Shown: positions 31,260-45,601 of the stretch, piece by piece
Numbering within the stretch: position 1 is the first letter of the stretch
Layout: every line of letters begins with the position of its first letter
DNA from: Eledone cirrhosa
Taxonomy: Eukaryota
DNA: 64,000 bases
Direction: 5' to 3'
Assembly (NCBI GenBank): GCA_964016885.1
Contig: OZ024740.1
Location: 229,090,001-229,154,000 of the forward strand
Made by a program: the position numbers and the translations under genes
Notes under the pieces: generated by a model
What the model was told of the DNA's origin: nothing
The model's database searches: none
The model's input: the letters and a program-made list of their open reading frames with translations, nothing else

Positions 31260-31348
31260 GCATATTACAATTGTTTCGATATCGATCAGCTCAGGGTACA
31301 ATCAAGGTGACGGGGCTCGGCTCGTTTTTGACATCTCATCAGATATGC
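31260..31348 (-). ncRNA. Type I hammerhead ribozyme, apparently intact
   Basis: Minus strand reads GCATAT-CTGATGA-GATGTC...GATATC-GAA-ACAATTGT-A-ATATGC: 6-bp helix I, 6-bp helix II base and palindromic helix III. Confidence 0.88.
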
Positions 31349-31397
31349 GAGTTTATATGTGCATGGAGTTCAGATGTGTTTTTGCACATATAAGCTC

Positions 31398-31473
31398 GCA
31401 TATCTGATGAGATGTCGAAAAAGTGTCGGGTCCCTTCACCTTGATAGTACCCTGAGCTGATCGACAGCGAAAC
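31398..31473 (+). ncRNA. Inverted, 3'-truncated copy of the same hammerhead
   Basis: GCATAT-CTGATGA-GATGTCGA...TCGACAGC-GAAAC. The 3' strand of helix I is absent. Confidence 0.65.
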
Positions 31474-31546
31474 TATTTATCTTTGATATATATATATACG
31501 CACGCACACACACAGATATATATATATATGCACACACACACACAAC

Positions 31547-31577
<31 letters not shown>

Positions 31578-31840
31578 ACAAACACACACACAACGCCCCC
31601 CCATATATATATATATATATATCTGTGCGCATGCGTACATGCATGTATGTAAATATATGTGTGTGTGTGTGTGTCCTTGTATATGTCTGAACCTGTGTCC
31701 TGTAACTTAGCAATTCAACAAAAAATATATATACATGTGTGTGAGTGTATCTCGGGTTCAATCGGGGGTAACCGCAGTAAGTAAGGTACTCAATACATAG
31801 AAGAGTATAAATATTTAACATAGAAATGGCTTCTGCACTG

Positions 31841-31886
<46 letters not shown>

Positions 31887-32079
31887 AAACATAAATTATC
31901 GAGATTCGCATTTCGGCCCACGAAATAACGAAAAACAACCTCCGAGATGTGAGGCAAGTGCTCAATGATTCAGATGAACCAGAGCTATAACAAACGTTAA
32001 AGGCCAAACACACTGAGACGATGGTTAAACAATCATTCGCATAGGCCAAAAAACGATCAAGTAATTCGGGTATTGAAAA

Positions 32080-32111
<32 letters not shown>

Positions 32112-32117
<6 letters not shown>

Positions 32118-32575
32118 AAAAAAAATGAAATCGAAAATGCAACTGGAGTCTTATTTAAAAAAAATATATATATATTTATTTGGCTCCTTTACCGGTTTCG
32201 CAGTTCTTATGCTTTTCAAAAGTAGAGTTGAGATGGAGGGTCTGTGGTTTTTCTCACATCTGGTTGGTCTTAGAATGTTACTTGTTTTATGTGGAAAAAA
32301 GTGGCTCGAAACGCCAGGTTTTTAGAGAAGTAATTTGATTGGTTGGTCAACCTACTTCTCTAAAAACCTGGCATTTCGAGCCACTTTTTTCCATATAAAA
32401 CAAGTAACATTCTAAGACCAACCAGATGTGAGAAAAACCACAGACCCTCCACTTTAACTCTACTTTTGAAAAGCAGAAGAACTGCGAAACTGGTAAAGGA
32501 ACCAAATAAATATATATATTTTTTTTTAAAATAAGACTCCAGTTGCATTTTCGATTTCATCTTTTTTTCTTTATA
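32112..32575. mobile_element. Fold-back element (about 220-bp arms) with a hammerhead on each arm (32186-32223 minus; 32462-32499 plus)
   Basis: Arms 32112-32332 and 32353-32575. Motif CTT-TTGAAAA-GCAG AAGAA CTGC-GAA-AC(C/T)GGT-A-AAG. Confidence 0.85.
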
Positions 32576-32635
32576 CTTTCACTCGTGTAGGGCACCTCGG
32601 TTATTTTTCATTTTGTAAAAAAACCACACTTTCTA

Positions 32636-32669
<34 letters not shown>

Positions 32670-32834
32670 ATATGCATACATACATTCTCACACATACTTC
32701 AAGAATAAACATGACGAACACAGAGATGGAAAGACACAAAGCATCATTAGTTTTATATCGGGAAGAAGTAAATGAGAATTTCAGCATATTGGACATACGT
32801 CCCATGTTTATTTTATTTCATTCCTTGTATTTTG

Positions 32835-33067
32835 ATCATGCTTTATTTTTATTTTTATTTTTAATTTCATTCGCACCGTTTCCTTTCGCTATATGTCTCT
32901 CCACCACTCCCCTACACACCCTTTGAACTCTGTTCCCACACACTTCTCACCTGAGGAAGGGCTTATGCCCGAAACGTCGTTCCCCACCCCACCCCACTCT
33001 CCAGAGCGTGAAATTAATAAACATTTGTTGTACTGCCTCTCTGTTTTGTTCCTGTTCAAATTTTTCC

Positions 33068-33070
<3 letters not shown>
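32835..33070 (+). mobile_element. Penelope-type terminal fragment with a minimal hammerhead at 32949-32980
   Basis: CTGAGGA-A-GGGC TTAT GCCC-GAA-ACGT-C, then AATAAA and (TA)n. A second copy lies at 39965-40170. Confidence 0.7.
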
Positions 33071-33632
<562 letters not shown>

Positions 33633-34001
33633 GAGAGGTATAGAGATTGTTTTAGCAAGAAGCTAACGGCATTCTATAACATATATGCGACTATAACGTC
33701 AAGATGGGAAAAGTAGTTAACGAAAGATTTAGGAAAAATAACTCAAACTCATCTCAAAAGAGAATCAGGATATAAATTCATCCACAGAATTTAGTAAAAT
33801 CCAGGGAAAATCTATAGACCTTTAACTCATGATAAAATAAAGTTTGAAACACTTATCCTTCAATTTGGAATAACATCAAATGCTCTGTATAGTCTTAAAA
33901 GACTATTTCATGAAAACTTTCAGTGGAGATGGTCACGGTTGGAATTTCAATCATCAGCAGAGCTCAACAGAAAACCAGGGCTCTCTATATATATATATCT
34001 G

Positions 34002-34033
<32 letters not shown>

Positions 34034-34072
34034 CAGATGTGAGAAAAATCACAGACCCTCCATCTCAACTCA

Positions 34073-34110
34073 CCTTTTGAAAAGCAGAAGAACTGCGAAA
34101 CCGGTAAAGG
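34073..34110 (+). ncRNA. Minimal type I hammerhead, U3-A8 core variant, apparently intact
   Basis: CCTT-TTGAAAA-GCAG AAGAA CTGC-GAA-ACCGGT-A-AAGG. It lies in an island (34033-34186) between (TA)n tracts. Confidence 0.85.
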
Positions 34111-34190
34111 AACCAAATAAACATATATATATATTTTTTTAAAAAATAAGACTCCTGTTGCATTTTCGATTTCATCTCTTCTTCAATATA

Positions 34191-34381
<191 letters not shown>

Positions 34382-34979
34382 CTACATATATGCATGGGAC
34401 TTAAGAGGTCTAAAGATCAAATAGCAAGAAACACCAAGGAAATATTTAAGAGGGGAAAGAGTTTAAAATTACTGGTGTATGGGCTTTCCTCTTCGGTTCC
34501 AGTACTATTTAGTTATTTGTGATGGTGTGTTGTTTAGTGGTGAGGCTGGAAGTCAGTGTTGTACATGTGTCACACGGAATCTCCATCCTGAAACCTATGT
34601 TATGGGAACATGTGTCTGTGGAATACTCAGCTACATGCACGTTAATTTCACCAGCAAGCTGGCCCGTTGTTTGACCAAGTGGAACACTCGTTGTCGTAAG
34701 TGACGGAAGTCTTACAATAATAAAACAATCAGAACGGATGTAGCAGTCAAATCTCTCCCGACTCACAACCAACCATCTTAGAAAAAAACAAAACAATAAG
34801 GAGGACATCGTGTATAATGCTGTTCTCTATGTATTGTTGGCCAGGAAAATGACAGGATGGTCACAGCTGAAACGCCCTTGGTCATAGGTTTGCCCGATCA
34901 GGGCTGACCTGAGGCTAAACTACAACAACAATAGTATCAGACCATCAACGACATATCCACAAACAAAAACAACAATAGC

Positions 34980-35990
34980 GCCAGACCATCACCACACCAC
35001 CGCCGCCGCCGCCGTCACCACCACCACCACCGCCGTCACCACCACCACCACCGCCGCCGCCGCCACCACCACCACTATCACCACCATAAACAACATCAGC
35101 AATAGCATTGGATCATCACCACCACCACCACCACCACCACCACCACCACCATCACAAACAACAACAACAATAGCATTGGATCAGCACCACCACCACCACC
35201 ACCACCACCAGCAGCATAAACAACAACATCACACCATTAGCACCACCGCCACCACCACCACCACCACCACCACCACCATCACAAACAACAACAACAATAG
35301 CATTGGATCAGCACCACCACCACCACCACCACCACCACCACCACCACCACACCACCAGCAGCATAAACAACAACATCACACCATTAGCACCACCGCCACC
35401 ACCACCACCACCACCACCACCACCAGCAGCACAAACAACAACATCACACCATTAGCACCACCGCCGCCACCTTAAACAATAACAGCAATAACATCGGATC
35501 ATCACCACCGCCACCACCACCACCAGCAGCACAAATAACAACATCACACCACCACCACCACCACTACCATAAACAACACCACACCATCAACACCACCACC
35601 ACCACCAGCACCACCACCACCAGCACCACAAATAACAACATCACACCATCAACACCACCACCACCAGCACTAGCACCACCAGCACCACAAACAACAACAT
35701 CACACCATCAACACCACCGCCGCCACCACCACCACCACCACCACCACCACTACCACCACCACCACCACCACCACCACCACCACCACCACAAACAACAACA
35801 TCACACCATCAACACCACCGCCGCCACCACCACCACCACCACCACCAGCACCAGCACCACCAGCACCACAAACAACTACATCACACCACCACCACCACCA
35901 GCACCACAAACAACTACATCACCGTCACCACCATCACCACCACCACCATAAACAATAAAAACAACAACATCAACAGCAACCACAAACAAC
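34980..35990. repeat. (CAC)n/(CAA)n compound trinucleotide array
   Basis: Direct inspection. Confidence 0.95.
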
Positions 35991-36242
35991 GATGTTAAAA
36001 TGAGCCAACGTAGTCACTGATGCTGTTTAAATATAACAACCAAATCTCCCTCAATTCACATCCTTCTGTCCAAAAGACAGATAGGCACATTGTATAATAT
36101 AGTCCTAGGTACCTTATGTCTGAAAAGAAAAAAAATAAAGCTGGGTGGTCACTGTTGGAATATTTTTGATCATAGGTCTGTTTCCTAAGTCTAATATGAA
36201 ACTAACCAACAGCAAGAACAAGTCTCAAGATTACGAATAAAA

Positions 36243-36428
36243 ATAATTGTTTCTACTTTAGGCACAAGGCCAGCAATTACCCAGTACGTTACTGGTACTT
36301 TATTTTATCGACCCCGTAAGGATGAAAGGCAAAGTCAACCTCGGCGGGATTTGAACTCAGATCGTAAAGGGACGTAACTATGCTGGAAAGCATGGCGTCC
36401 GACCCTCTACCGATACTGCCAATCCACC
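36243..36428 (-). mobile_element. SINE family A
   Basis: Near-consensus copy. Confidence 0.9.
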
Positions 36429-36431
36429 AAT

Positions 36432-36790
36432 GATTTCATTTATTAGCCACAAGGGTCGACACGTAGGGGGCAATACAAAGACAGGGACAGTGGGGGTTTA
36501 CAATAAGGTCGAGTAAAAGTGCACAATGGCAAGACTAATTTAACAATAAAAATATAAAAAAATATAAAATAAACTATGCATAAATATAACAAAATAAATT
36601 CCCCGATAGGGGGTGGACGACTTGGGGTGATTCGGGTACCCCACCAATCCTGAACCACCCTGCGCTTCTAGGGAACCCAGGGAGAGCACCCCTCTCCTCA
36701 AATTAGCTAGCCTGTAGGCGCATGTTCTGAGTAGGCCCATTCACACGGGCCATTCTCGTCACATTCACCCACCTTTTAGCAAATGTACTG
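36432..36790 (-). mobile_element. Tx1-like LINE 3' end fragment
   Basis: Reverse complement matches 50070-50396 (GCTAAAAGGTGGGTGAATGTG...CCCTTGTGGCTAATAAA). It encodes the FAKRWVNV C-terminus. Confidence 0.8.
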
Positions 36791-37046
36791 GGGGGGGGGG
36801 GGGTAATAACAACAACAGCAACAATAACAACAACAGTAACAATAACAACAACTGCAGTAACGATAGCAACAAGAGCAACAATAACAACCACAGCAACAAT
36901 AACAACAGCAACAACGGCAACAACAGTAACGATAGCAACAACAGTAACAATAACAACAACAGTAACAATAACAACAGCAACAATAGCAACGGCAGTAACG
37001 ATAGCAACGACAGTAACACTAACAGCAACAGTAACAATAATAACAA

Positions 37047-37234
37047 TAATTGTTTCTACTTTAGGCACAAGGCCAGCAAATACTCAGTACATTACTGGTA
37101 CTTTATTTTATCGACCCCGTAAGGATGAAAGGCAAAGTTAACCTCGGTGGGATTTGAACTCAGATCGTAAAGGGACGTAACTATGCTGGAAAGCATGGCG
37201 TCCAACCCTCTACCGATACTGCCAATCTACCGCC
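37047..37234 (-). mobile_element. SINE family A with an expanded (TTG/TTA)n tail at 36805-37047
   Basis: Near-consensus copy. Confidence 0.9.
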
Positions 37235-37553
37235 TTCATTTATTGTCCACAAGGGCCGACATGTAGGGACTAGCAACAGTAACCACAATAACAACAACAG
37301 CAACAATAATAACAACAGTAACAATAGCAACAACAGTAACAATAGCAACAACAGTAACAATAATAGCAACAGTAACCACAATAACAACAACAGCAACAAT
37401 AATAACAACAGTAACAACAACAGTAACAACAACAGCAACAATAATAACAACAGTAACAACAACAGTAACAATAACAGCAACAATAGCAACAGTAACAATA
37501 ACGCCAACAGCAACAACAATAACAAACTTGCGACAAAACACGATGGCAAATGA

Positions 37554-37607
<54 letters not shown>

Positions 37608-37854
37608 TGTCTGTCTTTGTGTGTGTATGTGTGTGTGTGAGAATCAAGCCACACCATCAGGTTCTCTTGTCTTACCTGCACACTCTCCCCTTCCTCTCTC
37701 CTCTCACCTTTTCTCTCTCTCAGTCTACATCCTCCTCCTCTCTCCGTCTCTATCATCCTCTCTTACCGTCTTTTCTACCTCTTTCTCCCCCCTCTCCGTC
37801 TCTGTCACCCCTTCTCTCTATCTCAAGCCTTTCTCTCCTCTTTTTCTATATCCC

Positions 37855-38920
37855 TCTCTCTCTCCTCTATCCCTCTTTCTCTCTTCTCACTCTCCTATAT
37901 CACCCCTCTCTCTATCTGTCATCTAACTGACCCCTCTCCCTCTCTCTTCTCACTCTCCTATATCACCCCTCTCTCTATCTGCCATCTATCTGACCTCTCT
38001 CCCTCTCTCTTCTATCCCTCTTTCTCTCTTCTCACTCTCCTATATCACCCCTCTCTCTATCTGTCATCTAACTGACCTCTCTCCCTCTCTCTTCTATCCC
38101 TCTTTCTCTCTTCTCACTCTTCTATATCACCCCTCTCTCTATCTGCCATCTAACTGACCCCTCTCCATGTCTCTTCCATCCCCCTCTCTCTCTTCTCACT
38201 CTCCTATATCACCCCTCTCTCTATCTGTCATCTAACTGACCCCTCTCCCTGTCTCTTCTATCCCCCTCTCTCTCTTCTCACTCTCCTATATCACCCCTCT
38301 CTCTATCTGTCATCTAACTGACCCCTCTCCCTGTCTCTTCTATCCCCCTCTCTCTCTTCTCACTCTCCTATATCACCCCTCTCTCTATCTGTCATCTAAC
38401 TGACCCCTCTCCCTGTCTCTTCTATCCCCTCTCTCTCTTCTCACTCTCCTATATCACCCCTCTCTCTAGCTGCCATCTACCTGACCTCTCTCCCTGTCTC
38501 TTCTATCCCCTCTCTCTCTTCTCACTCTCCTATATCACCCCTCTCTCTATCTGCCATCTATCTGACCTCTCTCCCTCTCTCTTCTATCCCCTCTCTCTCT
38601 TCTCACTCTCCTATATCACCCCTCTCTCTATCTGCCATCTATCTGACCTCTCTCCCTCTCTCTTCTATCCCCTCTCTCTCTTCTCACTCTCCTATATCAC
38701 CCCTCTCTCTATCTGCCATCTATCTGACCTCTCTCCCTCTCTCTTCTATCCCCATCTCTCTCTTCTCACTCTCCTATATCACCTCTCTCTCTAGCTGTCA
38801 TCTATCTGACCTCTCTCCCTCTCTCTTCTATCCCCTCTCTCTCTTCTCACTCTCCTATATCACCCCTCTCTCTAGCTGTCATCTATCTGACCTCTCTCCC
38901 TGTCTCTTCTATCCCTCTCT
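37855..38920. repeat. About 60-bp CT-rich minisatellite
   Basis: Unit about CTCTTCTCACTCTCCTATATCACCCCTCTCTCTATCTGTCATCTAACTGACCCCTCTCCCTGTCTCTTCTATCC. Confidence 0.92.
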
Positions 38921-39602
38921 CTTTTTCTCTATCTCTTTCTCACTGTATTTTCTAGCCTCCTTTCTCCATCTCAAGCATCTCTCTCCTTCTCTCACCTCTC
39001 TATCATTCATTATATCAATCCTCCTTGTCTCTGTCTCTTTTAACCCTCCCTCTCTGTTTATATCACCCCCTCTCTCTCTCTCCACTTCTCTCCATCTTTC
39101 TAACCTCCCCCAACCTCTCCCCGTCTCTATCAGACTACTTCTTCATCTCACTGTCTCTTGTACACACTCTCTCATTCTCTCTCTCTCACTCTCTCTCTCC
39201 CTCTCTCTCTCCCCCTCTCTCCCCCTCTCTCTCCTCGTCTCTCCATCTATCTAACCTCACCCTTCCCCTCTCTCTCCGTCCTTACCATCCCTCCTGTCCC
39301 ACCTCTCACCACGTCGCCCCCACCCCTCGTCTCTTCACAACTATGAATGAAAGACGGTTGGATAATGATGACGTAACTGTAATGAGAAAAATCTCTTTCT
39401 ACTACAGATGGCCGTTGTCGTTTTTCCTGTCATCTCTAACGTTTGCCAAGAGACCACGTGACAGCCACCATCGTATGGTACACGTGTTCAAATTTCACAC
39501 ACGTGTCTCCTTTCCTATTTTACTCCAAAGCAAAGCAGCACAAACAATATGTATGTATTTGTGTGTGTATTGTATGTATGTATGTATGTATGTATATTTG
39601 TA

Positions 39603-39639
<37 letters not shown>

Positions 39640-39646
<7 letters not shown>

Positions 39647-39812
39647 ATATAGAAATGGCTTCTACATGACTAGAACTGTTTCATTCGAAGGAAATCAACC
39701 TACGAATGAAACAGTTCTAGTCCTGTAGAAGCCATTTCTATATTAAATATTTATACTCTGCTATGTATTGAGTACCTTACTTACTATGGTTACCCCCGAG
39801 ATACACGGAGCT
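39640..39812 (+). mobile_element. Fold-back 3' end of a hammerhead-bearing element
   Basis: Arms 39640-39691 and 39699-39750. Carries GAA-ACAG(TTCTAGTC)CTGT-A. Flanked by simple repeats and homologous to 4990-5100. Confidence 0.7.
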
Positions 39813-39815
39813 ATA

Positions 39816-39850
<35 letters not shown>

Positions 39851-39964
39851 TTACTTATATATATATATGTGTGTATATATATTGTATGTATATGTGTGTG
39901 TGTATATATATATATTTACTTATATATATGTGTGTGTATATATATTGTATGTTTATATATATAT

Positions 39965-40170
39965 ATGCTTTTATTTTTAATTTCATTCGCACCGTTTCCT
40001 CCCACCCCCTTTTCGCTATATGTCTCTCCACCACTCCCCTACACACCCTTTGAACTCTCTTCCCGCACACTTTTCACCTGAGGAAGGGCTTATGCCCGAA
40101 ACGTCGTTCCCCACCACCACCCCACTCTCAACTGCCTCTCTGTTTTGTTCCTGTTCAAATTTTCCATTAT
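39965..40170 (+). mobile_element. Penelope-type terminal fragment with a minimal hammerhead at 40076-40107
   Basis: CTGAGGAAGGGCTTATGCCCGAAACGTC, identical to 32951-32978. Confidence 0.7.
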
Positions 40171-40347
40171 ATATATATATATATATTTACTTATATATAT
40201 ATGTGAATATATATTGTATGTGTATATATATATATATATATCTTTCTCTTTGCTTATTTAAAAAAAATTATTTGTATATTTTCATCTTCCGTTTCACCTC
40301 TGGGTACACTGATCTACCCATTCAGCAGCTCACACAGTACATTGACC

Positions 40348-40378
<31 letters not shown>

Positions 40379-40659
40379 ACCCATTCACTCAATCAGTCAG
40401 TTGCTAACATGGCTCCTTCCACACACTCACGCACACACTTTGGTCACTAAATCATTCACACACATACACACACATTGACACGTTCTCACCCAGATGACTA
40501 ACTCACCTCCCTCATTCACTCAGCTCCCTCACCTACTCAGCTCCCTCACTTACTCAGCTCATGCACTCAGCTCCCTCACTTACTCAGCTCATGCACTCAG
40601 CTCACTCACTCACTCACTCACTTTCTTAATTACTCGCACATTCATTCAGTTAGTCAGTC

Positions 40660-41235
40660 CTTCACTCACCCTCTCTCACTGGGCTCCACTCACCCACTCT
40701 CACTCGTCTCCTCCACTCACACTCTCTCACTGGGTTCCACTCACACTCTCCCACTCGTCTCCTCCACTCACACTCTCTCACTGGGCTCCACTCACACTCT
40801 CCCACTCGTCTCCTCCACTCACACTCTCCCACTCGTCTCCCCCACTCACACTCTCTCACTCGGCTCCACTCCCACTCTCCCACTCGGCTCCACTCACACT
40901 CTCCCACTCGGCTCCACTCACACTCTCCCACTCACTCCTCCACTCACACTCTCCCACTCGGCTCCACTCACACTCTCCCACTCGTCTCCTCCACTCACAC
41001 TCTCCCACTCGGCTCCACTCACACTCTCCCACTCGTCTCCTCCACTCACACTCTCCCACTCGGCTCCACTCACACTCTCCCACTCGTCTCCTCCACTCAC
41101 ACTCTTCCGCGCGGCACCTCCACTCACACTCTCCCACTCGGCTCCACTCACACTCTCCCGCGCGGCACCTCCACTCCCACTCTCCCACTCGGCTCCTCCA
41201 CTCCCACTCTCCCACTCGGCTCCCCCACTCACACT
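40660..41235. repeat. 24/27-bp minisatellite
   Basis: CTCCACTCACACTCTCCCACTCG(G/TCT)C repeats. Confidence 0.9.
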
Positions 41236-41735
41236 TACACACACACACACGTACACTCTTTCTCACTCCCCCTCCCCGGTTCACTCACCGACGTACTCAT
41301 TTACACACCCACTCACACACACACACACACACACACACAGGCTCAGACACGGACTTACCGACACATTCACACACTCACACACTCTTGGCTCACTCCTATT
41401 GTTACTTCTTTTCCTTTTTCACACACACACTCTCTCTCTCTCTCACTCTCTCACTCACTCTCTCTCTCATACTCTCTCTCTCACTCTCTCCCTCACTCTC
41501 TCTCTCATACTCTCTCTCTCACTCTCTCCCTCACTCTCCCTCTCTCCCTCTCTCTCACTCTCTCCCTCACTCTCTCTCTCATACTCTCCCTCTCACTCTC
41601 TCACTCTCTCTCACTCACCCTCTCTCTTATTCTCTCTGTTCCATCTTTATTCTTTTTCCTTTTGTTTTCCTCTATTTGTTCCTCAACCCTTTTCCTTCCA
41701 CACCAGCCTCTTCCTTTTCCTCACTTTCTTTTATC

Positions 41736-41782
<47 letters not shown>

Positions 41783-42347
41783 TTCACGCACGCACATAGG
41801 CACATTCACACACACACACATATATGCAAATATTCACATGGGTACATCCACACTCACTCACACACACACACACACACACATAGGCATATTCACACACACA
41901 CTCACACACATTGGCACATTCACACACATTCACACACACACACATTCACACACACACTAACACAATTACATAATATTTCTCATTCAACTACTTTCCTTCT
42001 CAATGAATAAATTAATTGACATTAATGATTGGTTTTAATTAATACAGAATCTACATTTTGTAAACAAACACATTTCTTACAGAGAAACAAAAATCAAAAC
42101 AAAATCAAGTAAACATATACATTCCCAAGTTGCTGTAGGTTAGTCCCATGTTGGTCCTGTATAATTAGACACATCATAAAGGCAATGGTATTCCAGCCAT
42201 GACCATCCCATAATTCTTTCGGTTAATACGTAAAGAAGAAGTATTTGCATTATCTAATGTGTAACAATCACGTCTTTGAACATGGTAGGGTGTAATTTGA
42301 GGGCGATTTGGTTGCTTTATCAGATACACAAGCACATACACAAATAC

Positions 42348-42486
<139 letters not shown>

Positions 42487-42557
42487 CACACACACACACG
42501 CACGCGCACACACACACACACACACACACACAATTACATACACACACATATATACAT

Positions 42558-42608
<51 letters not shown>

Positions 42609-42783
42609 TGTGTGTGTGTGTGCGTGTTTGTGTATTTGTGTGTATGTGTATGTATGGATATGTTGATATATGTGTGTATGTATGTATGTGTATATGTATG
42701 TGTATGTATATATATATATATACATATATATGTGTGTGTGTGTGTATGTGCGTGTGTATATATATGTGTATGTATATATGTGT

Positions 42784-42861
<78 letters not shown>

Positions 42862-43050
42862 ATGTGTGTTTATTTTTCCTTTCCTTCTTCCTTTTCCAGC
42901 CTCACTTTCATATAGATTATATTTTTGTTTTTAAAATCCAATGTCAATAAATACACCAGGATTTTTTCATTCTGATAATTGAAAGTAAAATTTGTTTGCT
43001 TTTAAGAAACCACTGGTAAATGAAATAATTGCTTTATGTTGTTTATTACA

Positions 43051-43100
<50 letters not shown>

Positions 43101-43644
43101 TATATGATAGGGATAAACACTGATACAAGTATACATATGTTCGCATTGCAAATGACCAAGTTAGCTAGATTAAAAAATACTAATTAAAATACGGTTTGCC
43201 TGTCTCGATTTAAAATAATAAATCAATAAAAACAAACCTATATTGGCAACAGCCGTGATACCTGGACAAATTAAAAATTAAAAGTTTTAAATTTGTTTCG
43301 CAACAATTAAGTGAAAAATCCCATTCTTGTGCTCTTCTGCAGGTATCCAGAAATTGGTAAGTTTCACTTCTAAATACTTAAGAAGACTGAGAGAAATGTG
43401 TTGTTGAAACCACATGTGTCACAGCGCCTAGCACGTCCCATACTCGTGCCGCTAAAAATAGCAGCCGGTTTTATGCGACTAAAAATTAGCTCACTCGTGG
43501 AGCCGATAATATTATATATATAGAGTTATAAACTCAAATAGTCTTTTACAATTAAATAGCTCAAAGAAAGGAATATTTCTGAGCTCAGAAATATTCCTTT
43601 CTTTGAACTATTTAATTGTAAAACACTATTTGAGTTTATAACTC

Positions 43645-43759
<115 letters not shown>

Positions 43760-44220
43760 GTAAATATCTTTAAGTCGTTTGGAAGCCTCGACAATGCAAA
43801 TGGGTAAATCTCCGGGTAATAAGGTCCGGTGGTGGAGAGAGAGATGTAAGTGGGTGTACGTTGAGATGCGTGGTGTGTATAAGATGTGTGAGATGTGTAG
43901 AATGAAGGGAAGAGTATAAAGGATAAAATAAAAATAACAACACAAGAGAGAGTTACCTTGGGAGAGATTTAATAGTCCCTATATATTTCGGATTCACATC
44001 CATCAACTGGGGTTTTTTTCCGGGGTGGGGGAAAAATATATATATTTATACACACATACATATTTGTGTGGGCGTGACCACGAAGGAGAGGCTCCCGCCG
44101 CGATGCCATGCCACATTCACACATGTTTGCCTGGGATGTAATAGTAACGTAGTTCAACCATAAGAACAGCCAGGTTGTTTAGTATTTCAGAAAAATGCAA
44201 CTGGATAATACAGACCGAAG

Positions 44221-44259
<39 letters not shown>

Positions 44260-45601
44260 CGGAGGAAATGTGGTAAGGAACCAGGTGGACCATAACGCAC
44301 CAAAGTACTCAATACTTAGGGTAGTAGAGTGGGTAATAGAAACGAGTAGGACCCCGACGGCTGAGCTCAGGCCGTTTCGAAGGCTAATTCTGGACTAAAT
44401 GAAAATTTTTATCCTGGTATTTGAATAGCCGAGCTTCTCAAGGGGTAATTCCATATATGGTCAAAGTGATTGTCACAAGGATTGGTCAAAAGTTTGTTGT
44501 TGAGACCTAATAATTCTATGATGGCAATAGTGGAGGGAAGGGGTAGCTTAACCTGCCAGTAGGAGAAAGAGGGAGAGGGGGTGGGGGAGACTCATTCATG
44601 CGTTGATAGTGCTGACTACAGCTGGGCATGAGGTCAAAGAAGATACTAAGGAGGGGGAGGGGGAGGAAGTCGAAACAATAAGTAGAACAATAAGGGGTAA
44701 ATATATAGAAAATTACTGAGAGTGTTAAAAAGCAATTAAATGTAAAAAAAATAAACAATTTCTGGTTACTACGACCTAAGTCTCTCACTGGTACTGCTGG
44801 GCTAAAGAAATATACTAGGTGGGACGGAATTATAATGAGACCCTTTTAAGAGGTATAAGTAATAAACTGAGTATATCTTACGGTGACGGGTCAACAAGTG
44901 AGGGGCCAAAATACTAAAGAAACTACCACGAAATAATAAATAAAGGTTTCTACCTCAGGGTGGTTGCTGGCCTTGTGCCTGGGGTAGAAACCTTTATTTA
45001 TTATTTTGTGGTAGTTTCTTTAGTATTTTGGCCCCTCACTGTTGACCCGTCACCATAAGATATACTCGGTTTATTACTTATACCTCTTAAAAGGGTCTCA
45101 TTATAATTCCGTCCCACCTAGTATACCTTTCTTTAGCCTAGCAGTACCAGTGAGAGACTTAGGTCGTAGTAACCAGAAATTGTTTATTTTTTTTCACATT
45201 TAATTGCTTTTTAACACTCTCAGTATTTTTTCTATATATTTACCCCTTATTGTTCTACTTATTGTTTCGACTTCCTTCCCTCCCCCTCCTTAGTATCTTC
45301 TTTGACCTCATGCCCAGCTGTAGTCGGCACTATCAACGCATGAATGGGTCTCCTCCACTCCCTCTCCCTCTTTCTCCTACTGGCAGGTTTAGCTACCCCT
45401 TCCCTCCACAAATTGCCATCATAGAATTATTAGGTCTCAACAACAAACTTTTGACCAATCCTTGTGACAATCACTTTGACCATATATGGAATTACCCCTT
45501 GAGAAGCTCGGCTATTCAAATACCAGGATAAAAAAATGTTCATTTAGTCCAGAATTAGCCGTAGAAACGGCCTGAGCTCAGCCGTCGGGGTCCTACTCGT
45601 T

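Noticed and set aside
33901-33957. CTGATGA...GAAA on the minus strand
   Set aside because: Helix I cannot pair, and the segment resembles a common dispersed repeat (GATGGTCACGG.TGGAAT) seen elsewhere in the window.
40494-42010. 488-aa and 203-aa His/Ser/Leu-rich ORFs
   Set aside because: Minisatellite and (CT)/(CA) repeat translations.
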